NCBI RefSeq assembly: GCF_001194135.2
Contig: NC_068983.1
Location: 113,392,684 to 113,435,538, forward strand
Length of the DNA stretch: 42,855 nucleotides
DNA from: Octopus bimaculoides
Lineage: Eukaryota
Direction of reading: 5' to 3'
Shown piece after piece: positions 1 through 12,883 of this stretch. The position numbers were made by a program, and so were the translations under genes. Below the pieces are notes generated by a model. It did not search any database. It was not told the origin of the DNA and saw nothing but the letters and a program-made list of their open reading frames with translations. The number at the start of each line of letters is the position of its first letter. The first letter of the stretch is position 1.

Positions 1-47
<47 letters not shown>

Positions 48-60
48 CATACATATATAT
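1..60. repeat. (AT)n/(ACAT)n microsatellite
   Basis: Directly visible ATATAT...ACATACAT tract at the window start. Confidence 0.98.
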
Positions 61-149
61 ATTAAACCACCATTTCAAGTAGATTAATTCGTGCATTAGA
101 AGTACATATACATTCTAAGCTAGATAGACAAAAATGTTGTCTTTGTAAA

Positions 150-780
150 TAATTGAAGATATTGATACTGCAGTAGATTTGTTACCTGTAATTTTTACGA
201 GTTTTCAGTACTTAAAGTCTGGTGTCGGCAAGAAATTTTATTTCAGAATGTTTATTAGCTTTAGCTTGGTGAATAAAATATTGATATATTGTATCAGAGC
301 TGACCTGAACAATTTGTAATTATGTTGATATGGTTTCTCATGTGAGATAATATTCCAAGAGATATTAAAATGTATGCTGGATGGCTTTAATTTCAAAATA
401 AATACAGACAAAGAGGTGCTTAATACCTTTTATTTGAATTATGAAAGGAATGAATGTATTGGTTAAATGAACGTTTTAATTAATTTGCTGTTTAACCAAT
501 ATCTAATAAAAAGGTAATAGTAGTGTAGTTTAGAACTAGTTGACAGGACGTTGCTATAGTATTTGGTGTATACGTGACTAGGAATGCAATTTGGGTAAAG
601 AAATGTTATGAACAGAAGTATATTAAATTATTTCTTTAGTAAGAAATGTTCTTGTAAGACGTTTCTAGTGTCAGAGTGCAGTTATGTACGTAATTTCCGG
701 ATTTTCTTCGTATTTTCCTTTATTTGTAATAAGTTATTGATAGTAAAATAGGAGCTTGTTTTTCCTTCATTTGGTAGTTT
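150..780 (-). mobile_element. Penelope-like element, decayed GIY-YIG endonuclease C-terminal region
   Basis: Manual minus-strand translation with stops/frameshifts: DIG*TAN*LKRSFNQYIHSF (503-~445; YIG half-motif), STSLSVFILKLKPSSIHFNISWNII (to 346), NKHSEI..CRHQ (CRHQ at 230-219). This resembles the PLE consensus STxLSxxIWxLK...IxWxI...LNKRSE..xCRH. The extent above ~510 is uncertain. Confidence 0.7.
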
Positions 781-789
781 GTGGTACAA

Positions 790-1520
790 ATTTACTTGGT
801 ATAGAAGAAGGGTTCTTGCACTTCAAGGCTTTTGAGATTGGTGGTATTACGTTACGTTTGTACTACTAGAGATGAACATCTACAGGAAGGACTTGGACAG
901 AGAGAAAATTCCAGGAAGCCAATATTCTGAGGAGATATAATGGTTACTGCGAGGTCAAGGGGATTGGATGCACCAACATTAGCAAGTAGATAAAACGCAA
1001 AAGGTGGACACGCGAGACTAGCCAGCTCCGAAGAACAGAGATTGGTATAACTGTGGTAGAAATGATAAAAGACGAGAGAGCACACCTGGGGGCCAGCGGT
1101 TGGTACCTGCTGTCTCTCAATACTAATTGTTCGAGTGACCTTTCTAAATGCAGACAAGGAAGTCTATGGGTATTGCAGTTATACCGTCGACAGATGGAAG
1201 CAGAACTCCACTTTGAACTTCAATTTGAGTCTTGTAGATTGTCAGCAGCCATTGGTGCCTAAATAATTTTCTGGTCCTGACGGAAGGAACCAGTTTTTGT
1301 GATGCAGTCCTAATTATGCTAAGGCTTTGCTTTTGCCCTTTGTAGTGAAATTGAAAGAGTTTCTATAACATCCGGATAGAGGAAAGAAAAATATTTCGAT
1401 TGGACAAGGGAGGTATATGCAATTAGTTTGTTTAGAAGATCATAGGTGATTGTAACACTGATAGAATAGGCAGACGGAAGAGACATCAATTCTATGGACT
1501 AATGGTTTTAATTTTATGTT
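790..1520 (-). mobile_element. L2/CR1-group LINE, decayed 3' (RT thumb/C-terminal) fragment
   Basis: Minus strand reads SIIRTASQKL...LLTIYKTQI...VEFCFHL...RKVTRTI, then the ORF-track segment FYHFYHSYTNLCSSELASLACPP. This matches the L2-type C-terminus as I recall it (IAKTASQKLGFL...LYKAQIRP.LEYCSH...LFYRYYNGLCSSELA..IPP). Confidence 0.7.
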
Positions 1521-1789
1521 GTGTTTTGTCCGTTAAGTGGGACTATCTATTGATGTACCCGGTCCGTGATGTGTACGCATGTTATTGTACATATGTATAG
1601 CAGCAACAGTGGCACAGATTTGAAGCCTAGACCTTTGTTGGTTTAAGTAATAAGATACAAAATATGATTAGATGGGGTGAAGTGGAATATTGTTTCCGTG
1701 ATGTGACTAGCAATTGAGCCATTTTCGTATTTAAGGAGACAAGATTGTGGAATCCTAATCTGAGCATGTTTCAAGGCGCCTGTTCAGTA

Positions 1790-2150
1790 CAACTGAACGG
1801 TTTGTCCATGTCCACATTGTCAAATTCCGGAAACCCACTTGATACCAGTAATACAATTAGAAGCGTTTGTGCTGGTTTGCGACGCATATACACCACCATC
1901 TCCTTTAGCTAGCCCCAAACGATCCACGAGCGCTTTCATTCAGGCTGACATTCCAGTCGCCCATTAGCGCTAAAGAACAGAACATTCCAGACGCCTAAAA
2001 AATCCGAAGTCCGACTGTCACGCTCTTGTTGGAGCATAAACAGCCTCTAATCTGAAGGCTACTGATGACATCTAGGACTAGCAACTTGTCTTCTAGGTTC
2101 AAGATAATTCATATTGTATGATCAAGACCCAATCGAAACGACACATCCGC
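1790..2150 (-). mobile_element. L1/Tx1-like LINE, apurinic endonuclease remnant
   Basis: Frameshifted minus-strand motifs in the expected APE order: EDKLLVLDV, AFRLEAVYAPT, FFRRLE, LMGDWNVSL (GDxN catalytic motif), MWTWTN. Confidence 0.8.
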
Positions 2151-2301
2151 TCTAATTTTCTACTGGTCTATATCATATTTTATCTACATATGATCTGGAT
2201 GGTGTGATGCAGTTTGTTCATGTCCATGTCATTGTCCACATTGCTGCTATTCAAGCAGTTAATAATACCTGAGCAGTATATATATATAAATATACATATA
2301 T

Positions 2302-2468
2302 ACGACGGGCTTCTTTCAGTTTCCATCTACCAAATCCACTCACAAGGCTTTGGTCGGCCCGAGGCTATAGTAGAAGACACTTGCCCAAGGTGCCACGCAG
2401 TGGGAGTGAACCGGGAACCATGTTGTTGGTAAGCAAGCTACTTACTACACAGCCACTCCTGCGCCTAT
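2302..2468 (-). mobile_element. SINE family A (tRNA-derived head), followed by TA-rich tract
   Basis: Reverse complement begins ATAGGCGCAGGAGTGGCTGTGT (A-box-like) with a B-box-like GGTTCCCGGTTCACTCCC. Clearly homologous to 15636-15711, 16990-17106, 26825-26980 and 38945-39105. Confidence 0.92.
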
Positions 2469-2783
2469 AGGTAATCTATTATGAATTTAAATGTTACAGT
2501 ATTGCATGTTGTTTCATTAAACTAGGTGGGGACAAATTTGCAGCCTAATACCATGTTTAATACGCACCTCTAACTTTAATCTTTTTTCTAGTTGAAAACA
2601 CATGGAGGAGGTTCACGCTAATTTAGATCCTGTCATTTAATCTATAATAGACTAAAAAGAAGAAGGTTTATTTAGTTGGTGTCTTAAATATCAGATATAC
2701 ATACAAAGCAAATGGTAGTAGAATGAAATGGTTTGAAGATATCACACATCCTTGTAACACCTATAGTTGCTTAGCTTCCATGA

Positions 2784-2896
<113 letters not shown>

Positions 2897-4081
2897 AAAC
2901 ATCTCGCATTTGATTTGTCATTTATGAATTGATCACTTATGACGTGTGTCTGTCTGCGATTACAAAATAACTTCCTAGATATTTGTTCTGAACGACATTT
3001 CATTGTATGATGTTAAAAAGGCCAATATTGTGGTTTACTCAAAAATAATTTGTTATGCATTATTTTCTTTTATTTTGTTGTTTTTGAAGACTATCGATGG
3101 TGTCTAATCAAGGAGATATGCAACAAATACCAAAACTGTTCTTAAAATGTCAGTTAGAGATGAATTAAATGCCAAGTAGAATCGGTTAACGTCATAAGTT
3201 TTCAACAACACCATGAATTTTCTTCATACTACCCAAAACTCATTAACAAATATATTTTATGGTTCAGTAATCTTTCAAAAGACATGATACTGATATTTCA
3301 TATTTATATTTAACAATAAAACTTAGTTGGTGATTATTGGAAGTTTCGCTCACTTGGATTAAGTATCTTTTATATTTTCAGAGATGCAAGACCAATGAAT
3401 AATGTCAACAGTTTCAGAAAACGATTTCTTTAAATACCAGTAACAATATTATATTTGTATTTGCCGCAAGTATCAAAGTGCCAAGACCGTAAAATAACGC
3501 GAACAAAAATTAACACTTACAAAACGCTCACGGTATATGTATAGTAAAGACATAATATTCATGTATAAACCTATGAATTTTTTATGTATATATATATATA
3601 TTTATATATATATATTTATATATNNNNNNNNNNNNNNNNNNNNNNNNNNNNNNNNNNNNNNNNNNNNNNNNNNNNNNNNNNNNNNNNNNNNNNNNNNNNN
3701 NNNNNNNNNNNNNNNNNNNNNNNNNNNNNNNNNNNNNNNNNNNNNNNNNNNNNNNNNNNNNNNNNNNNNNNNNNNNNNNNNNNNNNNNNNNNNNNNNNNN
3801 NNNNNNNNNNNNNNNNNNNNNNNNNNNNNNNNNNNNNNNNNNNNNNNNNNNNNNNNNNNNNNNNNNNNNNNNNNNNNNNNNNNNNNNNNNNNNNNNNNNN
3901 NNNNNNNNNNNNNNNNNNNNNNNNNNNNNNNNNNNNNNNNNNNNNNNNNNNNNNNNNNNNNNNNNNNNNNNNNNNNNNNNNNNNNNNNNNNNNNNNNNNN
4001 NNNNNNNNNNNNNNNNNNNNNNNNNNNNNNNNNNNNNNNNNNNNNNNNNNNNNNNNNNNNNNNNNNNNNNNNTGTGTGTGT

Positions 4082-4930
4082 GTGTGTGTGCGTGTGCGAT
4101 TTTTCTTAGACCTTCCCCTCAGCTGCGTCTCCTTCCCGTCGTCGCTGCTGCTCTTAATTGAGACCGCTTCTGTATCTCTCTGAGTTTGTGTGTACGCTTA
4201 TGCTGCAGCCATTGTGGTAGCTGTTGTTTGTGTTGCTGTTGTTGTTACCGTTGTTGCTGTTGTTGTTATCTTTGTTGCTGTTGTCGCTGATGGTCGCGTT
4301 GTTGATATTGTTTGTGAAGTTACTGTATGTGTGTTTATATGTGTATAAGGATTCGCTTCCTATGTTGTTTGTATCCGTGCCCTTCATGTAGTATTTTTAT
4401 CTACCTCTGTTTCTCATATTTATCATAGGTATATGTATATTTGTCTATAGTGCGTGCATTACATTGAGTGTTTCTCTGTTCTGTCTTTAGTCATCATGTG
4501 TGATGTTGTGTGGTGTGGTGTGGTGTGGTGTGGTGGTGGGTGTTATTTTCAATTCGTGTCTTTTATTGAGGCTCGGTCAGTTCATAGCTATCTGTGTAGC
4601 CTCTTTGATCTAAGTCGGGGTCAAGGGCAGCAGCAGCGACAACGGGGAGGGTTCGGGGCTCTGAGTTCGGGGCTGAGAGGACGGAGCTGAGAGGAGGGTC
4701 ATAGTGCTACGAAGAACAGTGATATATACACACACACACTCACACACACGTACACACAAATGGAAGCGCAAACGCATGCGCATATAAGGATACACACTAT
4801 AGAACAGAATGGGCTACGCGAAGCAAGAGCACACACGAAGACGGAAAGTGTTGCTGAAGAGGTCACAGATGTGTAGCGAAAGATTTCCGGACAATGGACA
4901 TGAGTTAGAATAAGAACAATAATACACAAG
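4082..4930. promoter_or_regulatory. CpG/GC-enriched island; possible promoter or first-exon region
   Basis: Visible local excess of CpG and GC over the AT-rich background, with no TE homology recognised. NRF1-like CGCATGCGCA at 4773-4782 (10/12 to YGCGCAYGCGCR). Candidate + strand donor AA|GTGAGG near 4929. Orientation is unresolved. Confidence 0.35.
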
Positions 4931-5115
4931 TGAGGAACGAATATATAGTGCGTGTATTTATTTGGCAAAAAAGAAAAAAAATGACCGTCCCGAAATACAA
5001 CAATATTTGTTTCAAAACACGGTTTCATATCAGGAATCTTGCTACACAAATTCATAAACGTAAAAATACACACACACACACACACATATGTATATGTATA
5101 TACACACACACACAG

Positions 5116-5158
<43 letters not shown>

Positions 5159-5974
5159 NNNNNNNNNNNNNNNNNNNNNNNNNNNNNNNNNNNNNNNNNN
5201 NNNNNNNNNNNNNNNNNNNNNNNNNNNNNNNNNNNNNNNNNNNNNNNNNNNNNNNNNNNNNNNNNNNNNNNNNNNNNNNNNNNNNNNNNNNNNNNNNNNN
5301 NNNNNNNNNNNNNNNNNNNNNNNNNNNNNNNNNNNNNNNNNNNNNNNNNNNNNNNNNNNNNNNNNNNNNNNNNNNNNNNNNNNNNNNNNNNNNNNNNNNN
5401 NNNNNNNNNNNNNNNNNNNNNNNNNNNNNNNNNNNNNNNNNNNNNNNNNNNNNNNNNNNNNNNNNNNNNNNNNNNNNNNNNNNNNNNNNNNNNNNNNNNN
5501 NNNNNNNNNNNNNNNNNNNNNNNNNNNNNNNNNNNNNNNNNNNNNNNNNNNNNNNNNNNNNNNNNNNNNNNNNNNNNNNNNNNNNNNNNNNNNNNNNNNN
5601 NNNNNNNNNNNNNNNNNNNNNNNNNNNNNNNNNNNNNNNNNNNNNNNNNNNNNNNNNNNNNNNNNNNNNNNNNNNNNNNNNNNNNNNNNNNNNNNNNNNN
5701 NNNNNNNNNNNNNNNNNNNNNNNNNNNNNNNNNNNNNNNNNNNNNNNNNNNNNNNNNNNNNNNNNNNNNNNNNNNNNNNNNNNNNNNNNNNNNNNNNNNN
5801 NNNNNNNNNNNNNNNNNNNNNNNNNNNNNNNNNNNNNNNNNNNNNNNNNNNNNNNNNNNNNNNNNNNNNNNNNNNNNNNNNNNNNNNNNNNNNNNNNNNN
5901 NNNNNNNNNNNNNNNNNNNNNNNNNNNNNNNNNNNNNNNNNNNNNNNNNNNNNNNNNNNNNNNNNNNNNNNNNN

Positions 5975-6024
<50 letters not shown>

Positions 6025-7479
6025 AACGCATTATACGTCGATTATGTCTTGAGGCACTTCATTAAAACAGAAACAGCAGTCTAGAAATATTCCTCACATG
6101 ACAGCACAACATTTTTCTGAGTATTTATTGTTGGGCAGTTCACTAGTTCGTGTCATGTCGGAGATGCTGAATCGAATCCATAGCTAAACATGTATATGTC
6201 TCAAATTCCCCCCACCCACCTCCATTTAAGTTAGTATCCTTCTAACATTTTAACAACTAGACGTTAATATATGTAGCGACTTTATTAATCGTGACGATTT
6301 TAAGTTAAATACTTTTGCAAATAGAAAGAGGTTTGACCCTTTCTAATTTTTTCTAAACGCCCAAGTATAGTATAGCAGTAGACACTCACTCCAACTAACG
6401 TATGTATTGATGTAATTGGTTCATGTTTCAAGTTAAAGTGAAATATGTGTACTTTTACATTTGATTGCAGTTAGTATTCATGGCAAAATAGGGAGAATAA
6501 ATTTGTTAACCAAGAAGAAGGTGCCTTATTTTACTTGGTCCTAGAACGATGTCATAACAAGATTTGCATCAGTCTAATGTCTCAGATATATAGCTGAGAG
6601 GGGGTGGTAAATTGAAGTATTTATATTTAGCAACATAGGGGAAATGAAAAAAGTCTAAACCCAATTCAAAGCTGATCACTAGTAACTGAACTTTAGTCTA
6701 CAGTAATTTTTTCTTCTTTGCGATTGCAGGACGATTATTTCTATTGACTGAGCGCAGCTTAGGTGAATGGCTAAAACTATCGATCCCGGATGCCACATTG
6801 TGACACCTTGGCATATTCTATTCTATCATTCACCTTCGATTCTACGTTGAACTTGTGAATTTAATTTGGTGGATGAAAACTTTGTGGGAGCTAAGTCTAT
6901 CACAAGTGTTAAAAATGTGAAAATTGAGAAGCAAAAAGTAAGTCAGTCAAAAAGATAAAATGTAATAAAATTAAATGAAATTGATTATTGAGGAATATGA
7001 TAATCATATTTAATTGATCTCTCATTAGAAGTCATTCCCAAAGCAACAAGTAACCAGGAATTAAACAAGCTTGAAACAACAACCATTTACTTTGCTGTGA
7101 GTTGAAAAAGAAAACGAAAAATATCTCACGTAAAACTGTTCGGGAATTTGTGAAAACTTTAAAAAAGAACAGACCTTTAAAGAACTTATAATGGAAACAC
7201 GAAGGTAAGCAGTTTCATAAGACAGATGTTTTAGTAAAAAAAAAAAAAGACCTACTAGAAAAGAAATATTTCTTACAGGTGAGACAACGAAAGGAGAAAC
7301 AAGAAGGTGGGAAAATGTTACACGGAAGTATTAATAGAATAGTGACAATAAATCAGTGATCTGGCAATGAGCGAAGAATTGAAGATTAACTGCCAAAACG
7401 AGATCAACAATGATTTTGAATATTGCTTCTACATTTCCATCCATGTCTTTACGCGCAATTTCACTTCCTACATAATGAA

Positions 7480-8120
7480 TTGTAATCTCTTGTGAACGGG
7501 ACTATTTAATATGTCAATAAGAAACATGCATTCACGACATAGGTCTTCAATAAAGAACGATCTTTTGCTTTGAAATTTGTGAATCCAGATTTCATCGTAT
7601 CTATCTCATTTTAAGTGCAGAAAAAGAGATTTATAATTTTTGACAATAGATATTTGTCCACACACTTGTTTTGCGAAGTGCTGTTCTAAAAATCTTCTTT
7701 TCTGACTCCATTAGTGCTTAATTTCGTAATGCTAGCTCTCAGAATCCGTTGTTTAATTGTTCGTAAAATTACTCTGAAATGATGTTAGGACCTTAAAGTG
7801 CAAGTGGTGAAATTGATTGAAGAGCTCCTAACCAGTATCAACGACATTAACATTTGGCTCATTTGCTTCGCAATGCACGCATAAAATCTCAAGACGAATT
7901 CTTATCTCTTACAGCTCATTGAAGCATGATTGTTGTTTATTTTCTAAATAAATATTTTCAACTTTAGCTTCTGAATAAATATCGCTGACACTTGAAGGAT
8001 TATCGACATCGATCTTAGCTACATCATTGCTCATTAAAATTTCTCTCTTTATGAAACTGCGAAGAATTCTTTTAAATGAAGTATTAATGAGTGTCATTAA
8101 TTCGTGAATTTGAAACCTTC
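7480..8120 (-). mobile_element. Possible hAT-like transposase relic
   Basis: ORF 7909-8097 (FKRILRSFIKREILMSNDVAKIDVDNPS...IYSEAKV), followed by EFVLRFYACIAKQM, loosely resembles the C-terminal half of some hAT transposases; multiple stops. Confidence 0.35.
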
Positions 8121-8168
8121 TTCTAGAATCTCTCTACATTGAAGTCGTTTATAAATGCAAAGAAACTA

Positions 8169-8380
8169 AGGTTGCGAGCGGGCAAAATCTTTAGCAAGCC
8201 GGGGAAAATGCTTCGCGGCATTTTGTCCGTCCATTAAGTTCTGAGTTCAAATTCCACCGAAGTAGACGTTGCCTTTCATCCTTTCGGAGGTCGACAAAAT
8301 AAGCACCAGTTGAGCTCTGGGAGCGATGTAATCGACTTACCTACCCTCTCCAACGAAATTGCTAATCATGTGGCAAATAT
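8169..8380 (+). mobile_element. SINE family B (tRNA head plus Deu/Nin-domain-like core)
   Basis: B-box-like GTTCAAATTCC followed by the core GCCTTTCATCCTTTCGGAGGTCGACAAAATAAGCACCAGTT; homologous to 23579-23792, 28022-28236 and 33896-34010. Confidence 0.88.
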
Positions 8381-9735
8381 GTATTCTGCGGAGAATGCAG
8401 TATAGTTATTTGTGAGGGGTCAGTATAATACTTCTAATTACTATCGAAGCCTAAAATATTATCTTTAGGTGTAAATCAGATTTAAAATATCAAGGGTATA
8501 CTCTGGTTGTAACAATTCCAATATGAGTTACTCAAGCCAAAACTACCAAATTCAACTAACAAACACAATTTCTTATTGATTAGTATTAGTAAAAACATTT
8601 TAAAGTGTTTATATCTAGCATTCTAAGTATTTTCACAAGATGTATTTCATAAAATGAATATACGTTTTTAACTAATTCATCTTAATTTGGTAGTTCTGAA
8701 CAAAGTTTCGATGCACATAAGTGAAATCAATGGCCAACAAACACGTATAAATAGAGATTAGAATTTTTTCCAAGTTCATATTGAACACTATAATTCTGGT
8801 TACAGTCAGTCATTGGAGGTGACCCCCCTTGTATTTGCATGCTAGACTTATCACCACGACCTGAACCTAGGGTAGTTCCAGCGGAAGGTAATTTACTCTC
8901 ATCATCCCACTAGATTCTGAAAAGAGCCGTTGATTCTGACGTTTCTCTTCTGCTAAAATGAATAAATTTACAATCTTCGCAAACTGATATTAAAATTCAT
9001 CTTTATTTACCCTCTGTCACTATTTCAATTTACTTTTATTGCTGATAGCTATCGAAAACTCGTGTACGTCACAACCTCTGTTATCTCTCTTCTAAACCTG
9101 AAGAATTGTGTCAATAAGTTCCATCAATATTTCTGATGAAAGCGGAAAGAGGTATGGTGATATGAGTCCATGACCTAGTTTTCGATCCGGTGTGATGTTT
9201 TATCATAGTTACATCATTACTACATTTGACAATGCCACTTCGGTGTTACAAGTTTTAATTCTAAACAACATCGACAGCTTTCAAAGTTTATGCCAATGTA
9301 CGAAAGCATTACTGTATTAAAATGTTGGAGAAATAATTGAATGTACCAACACGGAAGGAGAGATAGCAAAGAAAATAAAGACAACTCCAGGTATTTCTTA
9401 GCTACAACAATTGCAATTGATGTGTTTTTATCATGTTGTGTGTTTCTTAAGAGTATGCATTGAAGTTTTGTGTTCAGAAGTTTCAGTTCAAAGAAAATTC
9501 CCGGGAAGTAACCATAAGATATTCAATAAGAACATGCTGAATTTAATGAATTCTATCGCATTAACTATTCATCTATCCAGCTATTTATCTATTTTCCTAT
9601 CTGTTTATCTATCTAGTCATTTAACTACACACACACTCTCTCTCTCACACACACACTCTCTCTCTCACACACACACTCTCTCTCTCACACACATACACAT
9701 ACACACACACACACTCACACACACACACATATATA

Positions 9736-10579
9736 TGAGGTGGTATAAATAAAGTTCCCAAACTACTTATGTTTAATTAGAAATAACTTATTTACATAAG
9801 TTTTAAAATCATCTCCTTCGAAATAGTCACCTTGCGCAGCAATACCCAACTCCCAGCGTTTCTACCGCCTTTGGAATCCGGGTTGGAAGTTGTTCTTCAG
9901 CTACATATTCATCTTGGCGAAGAGATCGAAGTCCGCAAGGGCTAAATCCGGCCAATACGGTGGGTGTGGAAACGATACCATGTTGCTTTGGGCGAGAAAC
10001 TCACCAGGAGAGCTCGGTGACAGGGTGCATTGTCGTCGTGAAGAATGCAGTTCTTCGTGCTCCATAAATCCGGTCGTTTTTGCCGAATGTCCTCCCTCAA
10101 CTGCTTCAAAACATCGCAGTAGAACTCTCAATTGACGGTCTGGCCCTGGCGGACGAATTTCCGATACACAGTACCACATTTCCGGGGGTGACGCCCGTGG
10201 CAGGACTTCCAGATCGTTCATCCTCTTCCAGGGACAGTTTTCCGCTTTTGAAGCGCCCGTGCTATTCTAAACATTGCGTACGAACCGTTGCCTCGTCGCC
10301 GTAAGCTTGCTGAAGTATGGTCAATGTCACTGTTGCTTCCCAAATCTTACGCAAAAGTTTACGTTGGCTCTTAGTTCCTGTCCATGACAAGATCGCAGAC
10401 TACAGCATACATGTGATCACAAAAACACAAATTTCACAACTTGCGAAGTAAACACAGCAATGTCATTCGACACACCGCCTCATGAAGGTTACTGCTAGCA
10501 CTCACTGCACACGCAATCTTGTACTGTTATCTGCTGGCGCGCTACAGAACTAGTCCTGAAACTTTGTGATACCACCTCG
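9736..10579 (-). mobile_element. mariner transposon, internally deleted, both TIRs, TA target site
   Basis: TIRs TA|TGAGGTGGTATAAATAAAGTT and (reverse complement) TA|CGAGGTGGTATCACAAAGTT. Minus strand gives an HTH part (LQQAYGDEA...RFKSGKLSLEEDERSG) joined to a catalytic part (LHDDNAPCH...HPPYWPDLALADFDLF); the WVPxxL and first-D region is missing. Confidence 0.93.
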
Positions 10580-10591
10580 TATAAATATATA

Positions 10592-11302
10592 TTGGGTGAT
10601 CCCCAAAATATTGCGGATATTTTGATACTTCTTTTATATTTCAAAATTAAAAATAACAAAGTTATTTTTAATCTAAAATATACTCTTCTTCATTTTCTAC
10701 AATGCTCTTCCATCTATCTGGTAGACTTGCAACGCCCCTGTTTCAAAAGCCGCTTGTCCGTGACGAAAATTGCTCCTCCACTACTGTTCTGACCTCGTCT
10801 ATAGAATTCATAGTTTTTCCGTCCAAATGATTTTAAATATTGCAGAATAAATGATAATCAGATGGGGCAATGTTCCGCGAATATGTTGGGTGGGACGTCG
10901 TTTCCCACCTAAACTGCCCCGGCCTTGGGAATGTCATCCTCGCTGTATGTGACCGAGCATTATCCTGATAGAAGAACACCTTTCATCTTCAAACCATAGA
11001 TGAACTTTTTCCGATGGCACGCAGGTGTCCATCAATGGTTGAATAACCAAATCCAAGCTTCTCTGCTAGTTCCTCAACAGTTACGATGCGATTTTGTCCC
11101 ATCAGGGTTTGCTCCTTTATTATTTCCATTATAGCTTTTAAAAAATAACTGTTAAAATCGAAGTGCACTCTTCAAAACTCGTATTAAGAATAAGCAAAAG
11201 TTAAAATTCCTACCGGCTTTTATAGCAAGTTGATGCAGGTAGTTTATCCGTCTTCTTTTAGTTCACGCAATTGCAAAATCCGCCTTATGTATGGGATGAC
11301 CC

Positions 11303-11304
<2 letters not shown>
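10592..11304 (-). mobile_element. Second mariner family, internally deleted, both TIRs, TA target site
   Basis: TIRs TTGGGTGATCCCCAAAATATTGCGGAT and (reverse complement) TAGGGTCATCCCATACATAAGGCGGAT. Minus strand: TVEELAEKLGFGYSTIDGHL, then FYQDNARSHTA...HPTYSRNIAPSDYHLF...LPDRWKSIVENEEEY. Confidence 0.92.
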
Positions 11305-11353
<49 letters not shown>

Positions 11354-12883
11354 TGCATTCGTACCTACTATACGTTAATATAACAGATAGTGAAATGAGA
11401 GTTAACATATTGGTTCAGTGTACCTAGTTATTTCCCTTAATTCAATTTAAAGTTTTAATGAAATTGAAATAAAAGAGGAATTTTATATGAATGCCCAATT
11501 CTGCTCATGACAAGAAGGGCAAATAACTTTGACTTTGAATTAATTGAATATTTTCTCATCGTTAAAAGTTAAATTTTCAATATATATCACTCATTACATT
11601 ATGTACTATAGACTTAAATATTTGTTTTTATATTTGGTTAAATACAGTCAAGTGGCAGAAAACGTATGACCAGGAATTGAATATTTTACAGTGTTTTCTT
11701 ACATGACTCAATGATCTATGCAGAGGCTACACTAGATCTGAAACGTTTTTCATGGATTTACGTTTTTATTGTAATATTAACTCTCCTTTCAAGAGATGAA
11801 TATGATTTCTCTAAAGAATATATGTGAAGGCCACAAATTGCCATGTCTGTAAGGTATCAGAGAATTGGAGAAAGGACAAACTTATATCCAATTTCGTGCT
11901 TTCTGCAATAAAATGCAACAAATAATGCAAATCAGAAATAAGCTTGCTACTCTAATTAGCAACAAATAGTGTTTTGCTAATTCGAAGGGCACTGTTCAAA
12001 ACCTACGCAGTCACAGTATATCCTGTAAATAGATGCATCATTAACAAAATCACCAGAAATAGCCTACAACTCAATGTTAAATATTTATTCTTTAGAATAT
12101 TTCATGTCATAGATTATGGTGTTTTCTTCGCTAAAATCCATTTATCAACTTTTAAAGTGAATAGTTTAGTATCCATACTGGAAACAAATTCCGAGGATTG
12201 ATAGATTTTGAATAAATCCTGTTATCAGCTGTTATGCATCTCATAGCTGAGAGAACAAAATTCATAGATATAAGAATTTTAACTTACATTTAAAATCTGT
12301 ACACATAGAACGGAAAAGGAAAAACAATCAAGACCAATAAGAAACACTAATCGCTTTACGTTAATGTCCACAATGGAAATTCTGCAAGATGGTATTGTAA
12401 ACAAAAAAAAAAAAAGAAAGAAAAAAGAAAGCTCATAACAATACAACTTCTTTAATAAAAATATTAAACTAACCAAATATAATATTTTCATATATACCGC
12501 AATATGTCTGCCGATATTTTCTTNNNNNNNNNNNNNNNNNNNNNNNNNNNNNNNNNNNNNNNNNNNNNNNNNNNNNNNNNNNNNNNNNNNNNNNNNNNNN
12601 NNNNNNNNNNNNNNNNNNNNNNNNNNNNNNNNNNNNNNNNNNNNNNNNNNNNNNNNNNNNNNNNNNNNNNNNNNNNNNNNNNNNNNNNNNNNNNNNNNNN
12701 NNNNNNNNNNNNNNNNNNNNNNNNNNNNNNNNNNNNNNNNNNNNNNNNNNNNNNNNNNNNNNNNNNNNNATATATTTATATATATTATATTATATATTAT
12801 ATTATATATTATATTATATTATATCATATTATATCATATCATAATATATTATATTACATTATGCTACCATATATATATATATG

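Noticed and set aside
70-110. Possible decayed hammerhead at the 3' end of the Penelope relic (minus: CTAATGCA...GAAA)
   Set aside because: The position is suggestive but the core is mutated and the stems are not recoverable.
4848-4895. CTGAAGA...GAAA hammerhead-like spacing
   Set aside because: Stem II pairs poorly, no valid stem III/NUH register, and stem I does not pair.
9110-9165. CTGAAGA and CTGATGA...GAAA motifs
   Set aside because: No stem II or stem III pairing; expected by chance in 43 kb.
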